The notes: generated by a model not told the origin, from the letters alone. 64,000 nucleotides of DNA from Octopus sinensis (GCF_006345805.1 NW_021832839.1:1-64000), one strand, 5' to 3'; counted from the stretch's first letter, positions 27,310 through 39,880 are shown. Numbers and translations: made by a program.

Positions 27310-29319
27310 TCTTAAATATAAATGGTATGGTGTGTGTCTGTCTGTGTGTCTGTTCTGTCTGTGTGTCCTGTCTGTCTGTCTGTCGTGCTGTGTGTGGCAC
27401 ACCAACTTCAAATTGGCAATACGATGTCCTCGACTTACATGATGAGGTCCTTAAAACCTTCCCCCCCAAAAAAATTAAAAAAAATTTTCTGCATTTTGGT
27501 TAAAATGAACACTACAATGTCCTCGACTTACATGATGAGTCCTTAAAACCTTCCCCCCCAAAAAAATTAAAAAAAAATTTTCTGCATTTTGGTTAAAATG
27601 AACAACTACAATGTCCTCGACTTACATGATGAAGTCCTTAAAACCTTCCCCCCAAAAAAATTAAAAAAAAATTTTTGCATTTTGGTTAAAATGAACAACT
27701 ACAATGTCCTCGACTTACATGATGAGGTCCTTAAAACCTTCCCCCCAAAAAAATTAAAAAAAAAATTTTCTGCATTTTGGTTAAAATGAACAACTACAAT
27801 GTCCTCGACTACATGATGAAGTCCTTAAAACCTTCCCCCCCAAAAAAAATTAAAAAAAAATTTTCTGCATTTTGGTTAAAATGAACACCTACAATGTCCT
27901 CGACTTACATGATAAGTCCTTAAAACCTTCCCCCCCAAAAAAAATTAAAAAAAATTTTCTGCATTTTGGTTAAAATGAACAACTACAATGTCCTCGACTT
28001 ACATGATGAATCCTTAAAACCTTCCCCCCCAAAAAAATTAAAAAAAAAATTTTCTGCATTTTGGTTAAAATGAACAACTACAATGTCCTCGACTTACATG
28101 ATGAAGTCCTTAAAACCTTCCCCCCCAAAAAATTAAAAAAAAAATTCTGCATTTTGGTTAAAATGAACAACTACAATGTCCTCAACTTACATGATGAAGT
28201 CTTAAAACCTTCCCCCAACAAAAATTAAAAAAAATTTTCTGCATTTTGGTTAAAATGAACAACTACAATGTCCTCGACTTACATGATGAAGTCCTAAAAC
28301 CTTCCCCCCCAAAAATCAAAAAATTATTTTCTGCATTTTGATTAAAATGAACACGCGAATGTCCTCGACATTCATGATGAGGTCCATTAAAACTTCAAGG
28401 CAAAAATCTCACGTATTAAGAATATCCTTGATGAAAACGACAGCGAGAATATTAACAATGATGAACTCCCAATTATTCGCGATAAAGAAATTCAATTCAT
28501 CCTATGTTTTTCTCTTTAAATTAAATGCATATATCATTATCGACCATGAATCAAAATTAAAGCTATTATCATATTTGTAACACAATTTACCACCAATTGA
28601 CAGCGCAATCAGAAGAATTTGCGTAAAATATTAGCTATTTAGTTAAGTTTTTCGTGAAGATAGAATTTATTTTCGGTATGCCTCTTTTCCTAAATTTTTT
28701 TTTTTATTATTCAAAAATATTTTTTCAATAGATAACCGAAAGAGGGAAGACGACCTTAAGAAAAGAAGTTTTTCGTAAAGATAGAATTTATTTTCTGTAT
28801 GCCTCTTTTTTCCTAATATTTTTTATTATTCAAAAATAATTTTTTAAATAGATAACCGAAGGAGGAAAAATGAAGCTGAAGAAGAGGGCTAACGTAATAA
28901 AGGCGACGATATTAACAGGTAAGTATTGAGGTGAGGATGTTTATATTCCACGAATTCCGATAATTTCTGATGAATTACCATTTAGATTTAAAAGGCTGCA
29001 ATTTCCTTTGAGGATGAGTTTTGCAATGACAATAAACAAGGCCCAGGGACAGTCATTAAAGGTAGTTGGGTTATTTTTAGAGAGTGAGTGCTTTTCACAT
29101 GGACAGCTGTATGTGGGATGCTCGAGGGTAGGCAGAAGAGAAAATTTATTCATATATGCCAAGGAAGGACGGACGACAAACATCGTTTATCAACAGGCGA
29201 TAGAATAGGGTTACATTAAACCAGGTAGTTTATTACATCTACATAAACTTATAGTTGTTGATGAAACAGGCCCTCCGCAGGAGCTAGGTCGCGGTGAGCG
29301 AAGCGAGCTGCCGAGCTAG
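27310..29319 (+). mobile_element. Non-autonomous Helitron, copy 1
   Basis: 5' TC preceded by A, (GTCT)n microsatellite, ~93-bp tandem array, Pif1-type helicase C-terminus (FAMTINKAQGQSL...FSHGQLYVGCSRV), subterminal hairpin and 3' CTAG followed by T. Confidence 0.87.
27420..28380. repeat. ~93-bp tandem minisatellite, about 10 units, inside Helitron 1
   Basis: Unit aaaatgaacaactacaatgtcctcgacttacatgatgaagtccttaaaaccttccccccaaaaaaattaaaaaaaattttctgcattttggtt. Confidence 0.95.
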
Positions 29320-29321
29320 TA

Positions 29322-31328
29322 TCTTAATAATAAAATGGTATGGTGTGTGTCTGTCTGTGTGTCTGTCTGTCTGTGTGTCGTCTGTCTGTCTGTCTGTCTG
29401 TGTGTGCACACCAACTTCAAATTGGCAATACGATGTCCTCGACTTACATGATGAGGTCCTAAAACCTTCCCCCCCAAAAAAATTAAAAAAAAATTTTCTG
29501 CATTTTGGTTAAAATGAACAACTACAATGTCCTCGACTTACATGATGAAGTCCTAAAACTTCCCCCCCAAAAAAAATTAAAAAAAATTTTCTGCATTTTG
29601 GTTAAAATGAACAACTACAATGTCCTCGACTTACATGATGAAGTCCTTAAAACCTTCCCCCCCAAAAAAATTAAAAAAAAATTTCTGCATTTTGGTTAAA
29701 ATGAACAACTACAATGTCCTCGACTTACATGATGAGGTCCTTAAAACCTTCCCCCCCAAAAAAATTAAAAAAAAATTTCTGCATTTTGGTTAAAATGAAC
29801 AACTACAATGTCCTCGACTTACATGATGAAGTCCTTAAAACCTTCCCCCCCAAAAAAAATTAAAAAAAAATTTTCTGCATTTTGGTTAAAATGAACAACA
29901 ACTACATGTCCTCGACTTACATGATGAAGTCCTTAAAACCTTCCCCCCCAAAAAAAATTAAAAAAAAATTTTCTGCATTTTGGTTAAAATGAACAACTAC
30001 AATGTCCTCGACTTACATGATGAAGTCCTTAAAACCTTCCCCCCAAAAAAAATTAAAAAAAAAATTCTGCATTTTGGTTAAAATGAACAACTACAATGTC
30101 CTCGACTTACATGATGAAGTCCTTAAAACTTCCCCCCCAAAAAAATTAAAAAAAATTTTCTGCATTTTGGTTAAAATGAACAACTACAATGTCCTCAACT
30201 TACATGATGAAGTCCTTAAAACCTTCCCCCCCAAAAAAAATTAAAAAAAATTTTCTGCATTTTGGTTAAAATGAACAACTACAATGTCCTCGACTTACAT
30301 GATGAAGTCCTTAAAACCTTCCCCCCCAAAAAATCAAAAAATTATTTTCTGCATTTTGATTAAAATGAACAACGCGAATGTCCTCGACATTCATGATGAG
30401 GTCCATTAAAACCTTCAAGGCAAAAATCTCACGTATTAAGAATATCCTTGATGAAAACGACAGCGAGAATATTAACAATGATGAACTCCCAATTATTCGC
30501 GATAAAGAATTCAATTCATCCTATGTTTTTCTCTTTAAAATTAAATGCATATATCATTATCGACCATGAATCAAAATTAAAGCTATTATCATATTTGTAA
30601 CACAATTTACCACCATTGACAGCGCAATCAGAAGAATTTGCGTAAAATATTAGCTATTTAGTTAAGTTTTTCGTGAAGATAGAATTTATTTTCGGTATGC
30701 CTCTTTTCCTAAATTTTTTTATTATTCAAAAATAATTTTTTCAATAGATAACCGAAAGAGGGAAGACGACCTTAAGAAAAAGTTTTTCGTAAAGATAGAA
30801 TTTATTTTCTGTATGCCTCTTTTTTCCTAATTTTTTATTATTCAAAAATAATTTTTAAATAGATAACCGAAGGAGGAAAAATGAAGCTGAAGAAAGATGG
30901 CTAACGTAATAAAGGCGACGATATAACAGGTAAGTATTGAGGTGAGGATGTTTATATTCCACGAATTCCGATAATTTCTGATGAATTACCATTTAGATTT
31001 AAAAGGCTGCATTTCCTTTGAGGATGAGTTTTGCAATGACAATAAACAAGGCCCAGGGACAGTCATAAAGGTAGTTGGGTTATTTTTAGAGAGTGAGTGC
31101 TTTTCACATGGACAGCTGTATGTGGGATGCTCGAGGGTAGGCAGAAGAGAAAATTTATTCATATATGCCAAGGAAGGACGGACGACAAACATCGTTTATC
31201 AACAGGCGATAGATAGGGTTACATTAAACCAGGTAGTTTTATACATCTACATAAACTTATAGTTGTTTGATGAAACAGGCCCTCCGCAGGAGCTAGGTCG
31301 CGGTGAGCGAAGCGAGCTGCCGAGCTAG
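29322..31328 (+). mobile_element. Non-autonomous Helitron, copy 2 (near-identical, adjacent)
   Basis: Same TC start, microsatellite, array and helicase remnant (with a frameshift). CTAG at 31325-31328. Confidence 0.87.
29428..30400. repeat. ~93-bp tandem minisatellite inside Helitron 2
   Basis: Same unit as the first array, with the same variant units. Confidence 0.95.
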
Positions 31329-31755
31329 TTCCATATAAACATAAAGTAAATTTAGTTCTCCTGTTTGAAGATTTGTGCTCAACGTAATTCTTTGCTATTT
31401 CGAGTTCTCTTAGGCGTATTATAACGTTCGCTTCTCCGTGAAATAGAAACTTGGCTTGATTTTAAAAATGTATTTAGAAATTTTGTGCTCATTAAACAAT
31501 GTCTTACCTCCTGATTTGACGAGGGCTGGCTTCAGAAAATAAACCATTTTTTAAAATCATCAGTGAATTTCATTGAGTCCGATTTCTGATTTATACGTCG
31601 CAAATTCTTCGGATTTCCTTTCTGATAATTACGGGGGATTAGTCCTCTTGGGCAAACCAGTAGAAGCAAATGTTTTAGCTTATAAAAGTAATATAAAACA
31701 AGAATATTAAATAATTCAAAATAACAGCATGTGACAAATGTTTTACGTGATCTGA

Positions 31756-32697
31756 ATGTCAGGATCGAATTTCTTAGGAGGCTTACTTGGGGGAGTAGTG
31801 ACCACCGGTCTTTTCCACCCCTTCGACTTCATAAAACTCCACATCCAGGGTATTGAGTGACCTATACCCTCCAGCCAACGACCAAGGGAGTGTGTTCGGC
31901 CCTCAACGAAGCGGCATGTACAGGACACTCAGAGAGACGGTGAAGAGCAGGGGACTCAGCACATTATATCAGGGAGTCTGTTCCAATGTCATGGTGGCCG
32001 GTATCACTTGGGGGAGTTATATGTTCATGTAATGTGCTGGGATTACTCTAGATATAACCAACTAAAGACTATTTCCATAAAAGAGGGGACTATACCTTTT
32101 CCCGAACATGTGCTTTGTGCTGCCACTGCCGGAGTGGTCGTAGCCTGTGCTACTAACCCTCTTTGGCTGGTGAGGACTCGTCTAATCCTCGAACCCGCAG
32201 ACCGTCAGTACAGCGGGTTTGTTGACTGTGTGAAAAAAATTTACCGAAAAGGAGGTTTTGGCGGATTGTACAAAGTTTATTCACGGAGTGACATTTTAGG
32301 GGTTTCTGCCTGGTCTTCTGTCGGTCTCCAACGGAGTGATTCAAATGGTGACCTACGACGTCTGCAAGAGTCGGTATGGGAGTGCTCAGTTGGTAGTCCT
32401 CGGTCCTCACTTTTTAGAACAGTCTCGAATATTTAAGTATTGCTGCTTTCTCTAAAATATTGGCTATTGTGACCACCTATCCGTTGCAGACTATTCGTAC
32501 TCGTTTAATGAGTCATCGCAGAGATTATCGAACTATTTCTCATGTTTTGACACATCTTTTAAAGTTTTGGACTGTCAGTATTGCCTAGGTATGAAGGGGT
32601 CTTGTCTTTGTATAAGGGACTGGTTCCCTGTCTTTGCAGGGTTGTCCCCGCCACGTCTCTCACTTTCCTTATATATGAGACTTTTCTAAAACTTTAA
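31756..32697 (+). CDS. SLC25A32: Mitochondrial folate/FAD carrier
   Basis: Three carrier repeats (HPFDFIK, TNPLWLVRTRL, TYPLQTIRTRL) and LYQGVCSNVMVAGITWG. Introns of 23-25 nt. Confidence 0.85.
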
Positions 32698-32782
32698 ATA
32701 ATTCTTTTTGTTAATTATATTTAAAGAATAATGTTAATTTAAATAAAATATTTGTAAACAACAAGTGAGTTGGTTGATTGAA

Positions 32783-35700
32783 ATGAGTTCAAAAAACTCG
32801 AGATCCGAAAGTACAGTGGACCGTTCTTTGGATTCCAAAGACAGGAAGAAAAATAAGCAAAACATTCGAGCACGTCCCCCAAAGAAAGAAAAGCCAAGCA
32901 ATGATAACATGCGGGCAGCCATTAGTGCAATCGACAGTTCTGAGATGCTCAAATCCCTACGTGACGAAACGTGTCCTTTACAAGTCCATAGCCACTGAAA
33001 AATGTTTAGGACATTGCCGAGGGTTGGATATCCCGCTACAAGGACAGTCAGGAAGAAGGAATGGTCGAACTAATTCGGTTTATAATCTGCGCCTGTGGGT
33101 GCAATGGAGAACTCTCTGTCGAGTTGTACAGCAATCTGCAGTCCAGTGAACTCATTCGAAGACTGTCCGACGAATTTGAAACGGCTGGACTAGTCATAGT
33201 GAGTGGTAGGATTTCCGAGAATACCCAATAATGGCCGGAGGGTACCACTGGAAAAAGTTCAGAGCTAATTTTGTGGCATTTCTGGGGGTTTTGATCGACC
33301 GGTGTAAGAATGCGATCATCTACGACCAGTACATGATGAAGAATGTCATTTCCTTCCTCACCGGCCTCACTGACTCCAAAATAAGGGCATTCCGACACAC
33401 AGCCACTCTGATAGTGCTCAAAATTATGAGTTCCCTCGTCGCCATTTCCGTGTCCCTGTTCACTGACTCGGCCAATGCATCACGGCAACTTGAAACGGAA
33501 AACATCAAAGCGGCAAAGAAAAGGTCACGTGACCGAGTCAAGACACTTCGGACTCGTCTCGAGTCGGTTGGGCTTGTGGTTATAAGGCAGTTGTCGAGTC
33601 GTCAGAATGAGGTTGTTGAAATGACAAACTACATCTTTAAATACGTGTTTATGCAGAGATATCGGTAAGGAAGTGTCCTCAGTGCAGGGATGTGGTCCCC
33701 GACATTCGAGTGATCTGCATTGGTGAGTTGAGTCATTGGATTGTCCTCCAACCCACTTGCTTTCTCCAGGATAACTATCTTAAATACATTGGTTGGACTA
33801 TTTTCGACAGAGTTGTGTTGTGCTTATTTGCAGGCCAGTGAAGTGCGGCTTTGTTGTCTCCGCAGTCTCCAGCCTATGTACGAGTCGGCGGAGATTAGCC
33901 ATGGACTGGGACAGTTCTCTGCACGATTCAAACCGAGGATAGTACAGATGGCACACGACCGTGACTCAGACACGGCCGTCCAGGCGATTCGGACTCTCAT
34001 TGCGATACTCAGGTAGTCGCCCAGGTGGACTGGCAGGTACGATCACACTGTGCTTCTCCCTGAGGACTGTCGACACATTTCCTCTCTCGTATTTGGTAAC
34101 AATCGATGTGTGGCCAAGGCGGCGGGAGACTTTTTGTTGGCCAAATTGGAGAGTAGTCCAGAAAAGACAGTTTTGACGAAGAGTGGAAAATGTCTGTCAT
34201 CCACAATTTCCCACATTGTTGGTTTTTATATGGAAAGTGAGGTGAGTGGAGGAATAACTCCCAGTACGAGGACATGGTCTCATTGGTGGAGAGTATATAC
34301 GACGTCTGTCCTCTGCTTAAGGACTGGGGGACAATGACTGACATGCTGCTGGAGGAAGTGGTCGAATATGGTGGGTGGTCTGACCAGAACGAGTCCGTCC
34401 TCGTCGACTTGATGGTCTGTTGCGTCAAACAGACATTTTCTGCCACTTCGCCAACCAAGAAAGTGTCAGCAAAAGATCTGAAGAATTTGGAGTCGGTCAA
34501 AACAGCCCTTTCCGAGCATTTTATTCTCCATTTGGGACAATTGTGTGCCAAGGTGGGTTGCTGAGTGACACTCTCAGTTCATCGTGGACGAGGTCAAGAT
34601 TGGCCATTTGGTGGAGATTATCTGGAATATTGACACCTCTTTGTTTGCTCAGACTGAGTTCATTCAGGTTGTCTGAGTGTGGCATTGGCAGAGACTGGAA
34701 CAATTACTTAAACTGTTGGAAGAAATAGTAGAGAAACATGTGCAGTACCAAGTGCTCGAGAACTGTTCTCGTGCATATATGACCCTCTGTGCTGCCACAC
34801 ACACTGTCACGTCCATTTGTCAGACATCCAGGAATTCCGTCCTTGCCCAATTGACTGAGAGTTTCTTCGAGTCTCACCAAAACTACTTCAATAATGTTTG
34901 TTTGACTGGTCATTGTAGACTCCCGAGTCGGCTCTGTCGTCCAGTCTATCCAAGGTGATGGCTTTCTATTGGTGAGTTATACTTGTTATTGCAGTTACCA
35001 TGATCTGTCCTCCTGGAATATATGGGGATGTCTGTCTTCCATTATGAGGAGGGCAGTGGACTCCACGGACATGTCTCCGGAGGTAGGGAAGGGTAGTTAA
35101 TTGGCAGATTATAGTTCCTGCTGTTCGGACAGGGCTGTTGAGTATTTGCTGGACATTGACGAGTGTTCGTGAGAGTCCTGTGACTGTGGCAATGTTATGT
35201 TTGTAGGAACTTGTTGAGGGATTGCGAGAACAGATCGACGAGTATATTTCCTCGTGTGAGTGTCTGATGCTGTCTCCAGTCAATACTGTCGTCGAGGAGG
35301 TATTTCTGTCCTCAGAGGCAGACTTTCGTCCTCCTCACCGACTTACTTCTCATGTTCAGTCCGACAGAGGAAGCTTCACTCTGCACGTCCCCCTCGGCCT
35401 CTCTGACGGAGATTTTGGTGTCATTTGTGGAGGAAAGAGTGTTGGGGGATGACAGTTGTGTGGCAGGTCGGGAAAAGCGACGTGATTTCCTGACGTGTTA
35501 TTGCAAGTTGGTGTTGTACGGAGTCCTCTCGCTTGAGAATGCAGTCATTCTTATTTGCAACTACTCAAAGGTGTCTTTTTTTATGTATTCTAGTTCGGTG
35601 ATATATTTGGCGATATCATCAAGTTGTTTCTCAGTAAATTGGGGGTTATTGACGGTATTGCCTGTGCCAAACTCATCATTGCCACCCTCATTGACGTATT

Positions 35701-36401
35701 CTTTATTGTCATTGCAGTCATACAAGTCCGAAGTGCCTCAACTGAGGGATTTGTCCAGGAAGTTGGTGTCCTTCTTTGGACAGGAGTATAGCAAGAGTCG
35801 GGAATCTCTTGCAGTCATTCACCAGTATTTGTTATAATCACTTCCCAGTGAGGGCATTAAGTTTGCTCTCCGAGTGGACGAGACCATGGGTGACTGTCCG
35901 AACATGTCCTTCTTTGATGTGCTTATTGACTTTTCTTACAAAGTAAATTTGCAAGATCGGAACACAATGTGGCATTCACGTGCATATTGTAGATTGCGTT
36001 ATTTGGACAAAATCCTCTCGGAAAGGAACGTTGTCCATCCATCACTTACCTCTTACCGGACAACTCTGGTGGGCGAAGTAATGTCTGGTTATGAAACTCC
36101 CATTCGCAGACAATCAAATGGTGAGGTGTTCATTTTAGTGCAAGATTTGATCGAGGGGGCCAGGAAGTACCCCAACATGGGAGATTCCCGAGGAATGCAG
36201 TCTTTTCAGAGCACTCTTCCTTCGAGTCTTAACACTCCTGCATGCCGCAACAAAATGGACAGTATTGACGAAGTGGTATCTCCGGATGGGCACCCGCTTT
36301 CCATTGATCAAAGGTAGATGTGTGTTATTCCATGTAGTATGAACGACACCAGAAATGTCACAATGTCATCCGTACAGTCCAACAGTTCGTTTCTTGATTA
36401 G
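32783..36401 (+). CDS. STAG: Cohesin subunit SA (stromalin)
   Basis: FLTGLTDSKIRAFRHTATL, YR|DVVPDIRVICIGEL, DNYLKYIGWTIFDR, FSARFKPRIVQMAHDRD, AAGDFL. Many micro-introns. Confidence 0.95.
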
Positions 36402-36519
36402 TTTTTGTACATTTACAGTTGTTTTATGTTGCTTTTTGTAAAAAAATTTCGATTTTCTACAAATGTGAACTTATTCTATTAAATTTGTGTTTCAAATACT
36501 AAACTAACAATTAGGTCTT

Positions 36520-37000
36520 GCACATTATTCAGACGTTATCCAATATTGAAGTGCACTTTTTGCCTCCAACAACAAGTGACTTACAACCATTGGATTCCGG
36601 AAAAATACATAGTTTTAAGGCACTTTACCGAAAACTACAGCTAAAACATATTATTAACCAACTTGAAACAAGTAACAGTTGGCGTATGGGTTGGATGATT
36701 CAATACGTTTTGTTGGAAAATCATTGGACAGCGTAAATGATTCAAGCTAAGGTTGGATGATTCAAGCTGAGGCAAGCCAAGATTTGTTCTGTCGAAACTT
36801 ATAACACTGAAAATTCGAGAAAAAAAATTGTTGATCAAAATCTATTGAATCAACTGATTTCGGTGGACGGTAATGCTAAAACATACTGTCATGTTGAAGA
36901 AGACCAAATATTGTCTACATTTCGAAGAATCAATGACAGTGATGAAGAAGACATAAAAGAAGACCTTACTAAAAAAAGACCTTCTTAAAATTAGTTAGGG
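36520..37000 (+). mobile_element. pogo/Tigger (DDE_1) transposase remnant
   Basis: NIEVHFLPPTTSDLQPLDSGKIHSFKALYRK. Confidence 0.7.
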
Positions 37001-37226
37001 TTATTGCTAGTGCGTTAGAAGTTATATGATTGCATGAAATATTTGGTTTTTTTTTCGTTGCAATATAGAGAGGTTTAAATGTACATGATTACCAAATAAT
37101 TTAAATTATACTAACAAATTTTGAATCTTTTTTTTGTTTTCTAATAGATTTCATGACGTAAAAATGTCAAAAATTATACTAAGTATTAATTAAAGTATAA
37201 TTTTCTCAATCTGTTCATTACTTCCT

Positions 37227-38135
37227 CTATTCTGATATTCCCTCAGGTAAGGATGCCAGCCTCTTTCCTTGGGAAGTGCTGACAGGCAGTGGCGAAGTTA
37301 TGGTCATATCTATTTGTCGATAAATTGCTTTTATTCTTTTGTCCAGTTCGAGAGTCCTTTGGCATGGCTCAATTCTGTTCCTATAGGAAACAATCATGCT
37401 CTCAAGGGTTTTTTTGATAGTGAGTGATTGTATATACGCATGTGTTCTCTCATTGATGTTCAACGATTGTGCATACTGTTGGAATTTTGAAGTGACAAGT
37501 CCGTCCCAAGTTAATACAATCGGTACTATTTTCACATTGGCATGATATATCAACTCCAGTTCCTTTGATAGAAGGTCATACTTTCTAAGTTTTTCTACCT
37601 CCACTTGTTGTAGGTTTGGGGCAGATGTTATCCCAACCTCAATCAGGAATATCCGGTTGTTCTTCTTGTCAAAGACAAACAAATCGGGCTTGTTATGTTC
37701 TAGTATTATGTCTGTTTTAATGAAGGTGTCCACTTTGATTTCGACAAACTCATTAACAGACACAGTTTGTACAGAGTGAGTTTTCAGCTTCTTCTCATTC
37801 TTGAGTCCGTATTCTCGACATAAATGAAAATGAATACACCTAACTACTTCATTATGCCTTCTAACATAGTCCCCATGCAGCATCTTTTCACATCTGGTAG
37901 CACAGTGGTCGACAGTCTTCTTCCATTTCATACAGTGTGGACACATTAAATTGTGGTCTGCGACGAATAAATTTCTATCCTGTAGAAGACAGAACAAGCC
38001 TTCTGACCGTTGAGAATTATTGCCTCTGGCTAGCCAGTGACTGAAATCTTCAACCTTCACGAAATCTTCCTTAGAATTTTTATAGAGAATTGAGAATTGT
38101 GAATCTAATTTCAATACTGCGAGTAATATGATCAA
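37227..38135 (-). mobile_element. 5'-truncated non-LTR retrotransposon with CCHC knuckle and restriction-like endonuclease (REL)
   Basis: 302-aa ORF: CPHCMKWKKTVDHCATRC, RRHNEVV, HNKPDLFV...IEVGIT...EKLRKY (PD..D/ExK). Confidence 0.85.
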
Positions 38136-38420
38136 ATAGTAAATTAAATGATCTAAGAGTGGTGAAGTACAAGTACAAGAAATTTGAATTTTTGAACAAG
38201 ATATGTCAATGAGTGTGTAAAGAGACGATTTATCGGGGGTAAAAGTAAATTAATAATTATCAGCCATTCAAGAAATAATTGCGATTGAATAATTTTAATT
38301 TGATTCATTCTACGACAACTCCCAAACACTAATGAGCTGATTTAAATTATTTTATTGATTCTCAAAAAGATATATAATCGTAGAAAAGTGCAGAATTTAA
38401 TTTTCAACAGTCAGTCTACA

Positions 38421-39344
38421 ATGGTCACTCTCCACCTCCTTCTCGACTTCCCGATTGTCCAGGCAATTCTCGCAGCAATCACAGTCGGCATTTTGCCTGC
38501 ACTTCTCCTCATTTTCGTGAGCGTAAACAAAAGTAACTGGGACGGGTCCTTGGAGGTGACATGGATAATGTCCAACTCGTAGATTCTGCTCGCCTTTGCT
38601 TCCGGGGGGTTGCTCTCGGACGTATTTTTCCACTTGATGCCTGAAATATTCATCACCGCCAACACAGCCAACAACGGATATTTCATTTTAGTGGGACTCT
38701 ATGGCTTTTTTGCTTTGGAAAGAGTCCTCAATTTGACTCTCAAAGCATCCCCGACCGACGCCCCAGAGGAACCTTCGGAGCCGATTGTCACGGAGTCGAC
38801 AACCATTCGTCGCAGAACGAAAGAGAAAAGTGACGCAGAGCACAGTGCGAAAGAGCAGGTTTCAATGAAGGCGCAAGGATTCGTCAACCTCGTAGGGGAT
38901 TTTGTGCACAACATCACTGACGGGCTGATCATCGGCGCGTCGTTTATGCACAGCACATCTCTCGGACTGAGTTCGTCATTTTCTATTCTGTGCCACGAAT
39001 TTCCCAACGAGATTGGGGACTTTGTCAGTCTAATCAACGCCAATTGCACCAAAAAGCAGGCTTGTTTCCATGTCTTATGATAGGCAATACTCCTCCAGTT
39101 CGTCACGGCACTGGGCTTCATTTTTGGCGTCATCCTGTCATTTGTTTTAGGCAATTTGAGTTCGCGTATTGAGAGTGTTTTGATTCCCTTCTGCACCGGG
39201 GGGTTCATATACATCGGCACTGTAAACATGCTCGGGCCGCTCACAAAGGGCTCCCACCAAGTCGGGGGAATGCGACACACTTTCCAAATATTGCTTTCTG
39301 CCTTGGCTGGAGTTGCTTTTCTCGTTTTAGTTAGCAAAATATAG
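38421..39344 (+). CDS. ZIP (SLC39, LIV-1/ZIP7-13-like) metal transporter, copy A
   Basis: LLAFASGGLLSDVFFHLMPE, DFVHNITDGLIIGASF, CHEFPNEIGDF, IPFCTGGFIYIGTV. Introns of 27 nt (GT-AG) and 24 nt (GC-AG, 39060-39083). Confidence 0.92.
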
Positions 39345-39570
39345 TCACTGCTCTCATCATTTGGAACGTTTTCGAGTCTTTGTTCATTCATTCGCATTTG
39401 CTCAAAGCACTCTTAGTTTCAGCGAGATGATTCACAACCAATGAATCTTTGCGTCATTGTATATAAACGTGTATTTTTATTTAAATAAAGTCAATTCATA
39501 AGTGAAATATACATTGTTCAGACCTTCTGCATGAATAAAAGAGAATGTCAAATATTTCGGTCATCTTTTA

Positions 39571-39880
39571 ATGGTTTTGTATTTGGTTAATGTCTAATAG
39601 TCGAGAAAGTTCATTTCAACCGATCTCGAGAGTTTTTTTCCAGTCATTTTGTTAGATGTCAAAAAATGTTTTGACCAATTGGACTTGGACAGCAACGGGA
39701 AAATAAACGCCAGAGAACTCAGCAAAGTTTTTAATCTTGCGGGTGTCTGCTGTACAGAAGAAGAATGTCGAAATCTAATTAAATCTTGCGACCAGGATAG
39801 CGATGGAAATATCAATTTTAAAGGTGCAATTTAATTTTCATTCAACAGAATTCCTCGATCTCATTTCAAACGACTCTTAG
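39571..39880 (+). CDS. Small two-EF-hand (half-calmodulin-like) protein, copy A
   Basis: Loops DLDSNGKINARE and DQDSDGNINFK|E. Three introns inferred, the first directly after the ATG. Confidence 0.75.

Noticed and set aside
27420-30400. CRISPR-like regular repeats and the ORFs MVKMNNYNVLDL...
   Set aside because: Units are contiguous with no unique spacers and no cas genes, in a eukaryotic Helitron context. The ORFs are by-products of the repeat.
38699-39397. 232-aa antisense ORF to ZIP, partly repeated at 55061-55759
   Set aside because: Antisense shadow; it recurs only because of the duplication and is broken by a stop in copy B.
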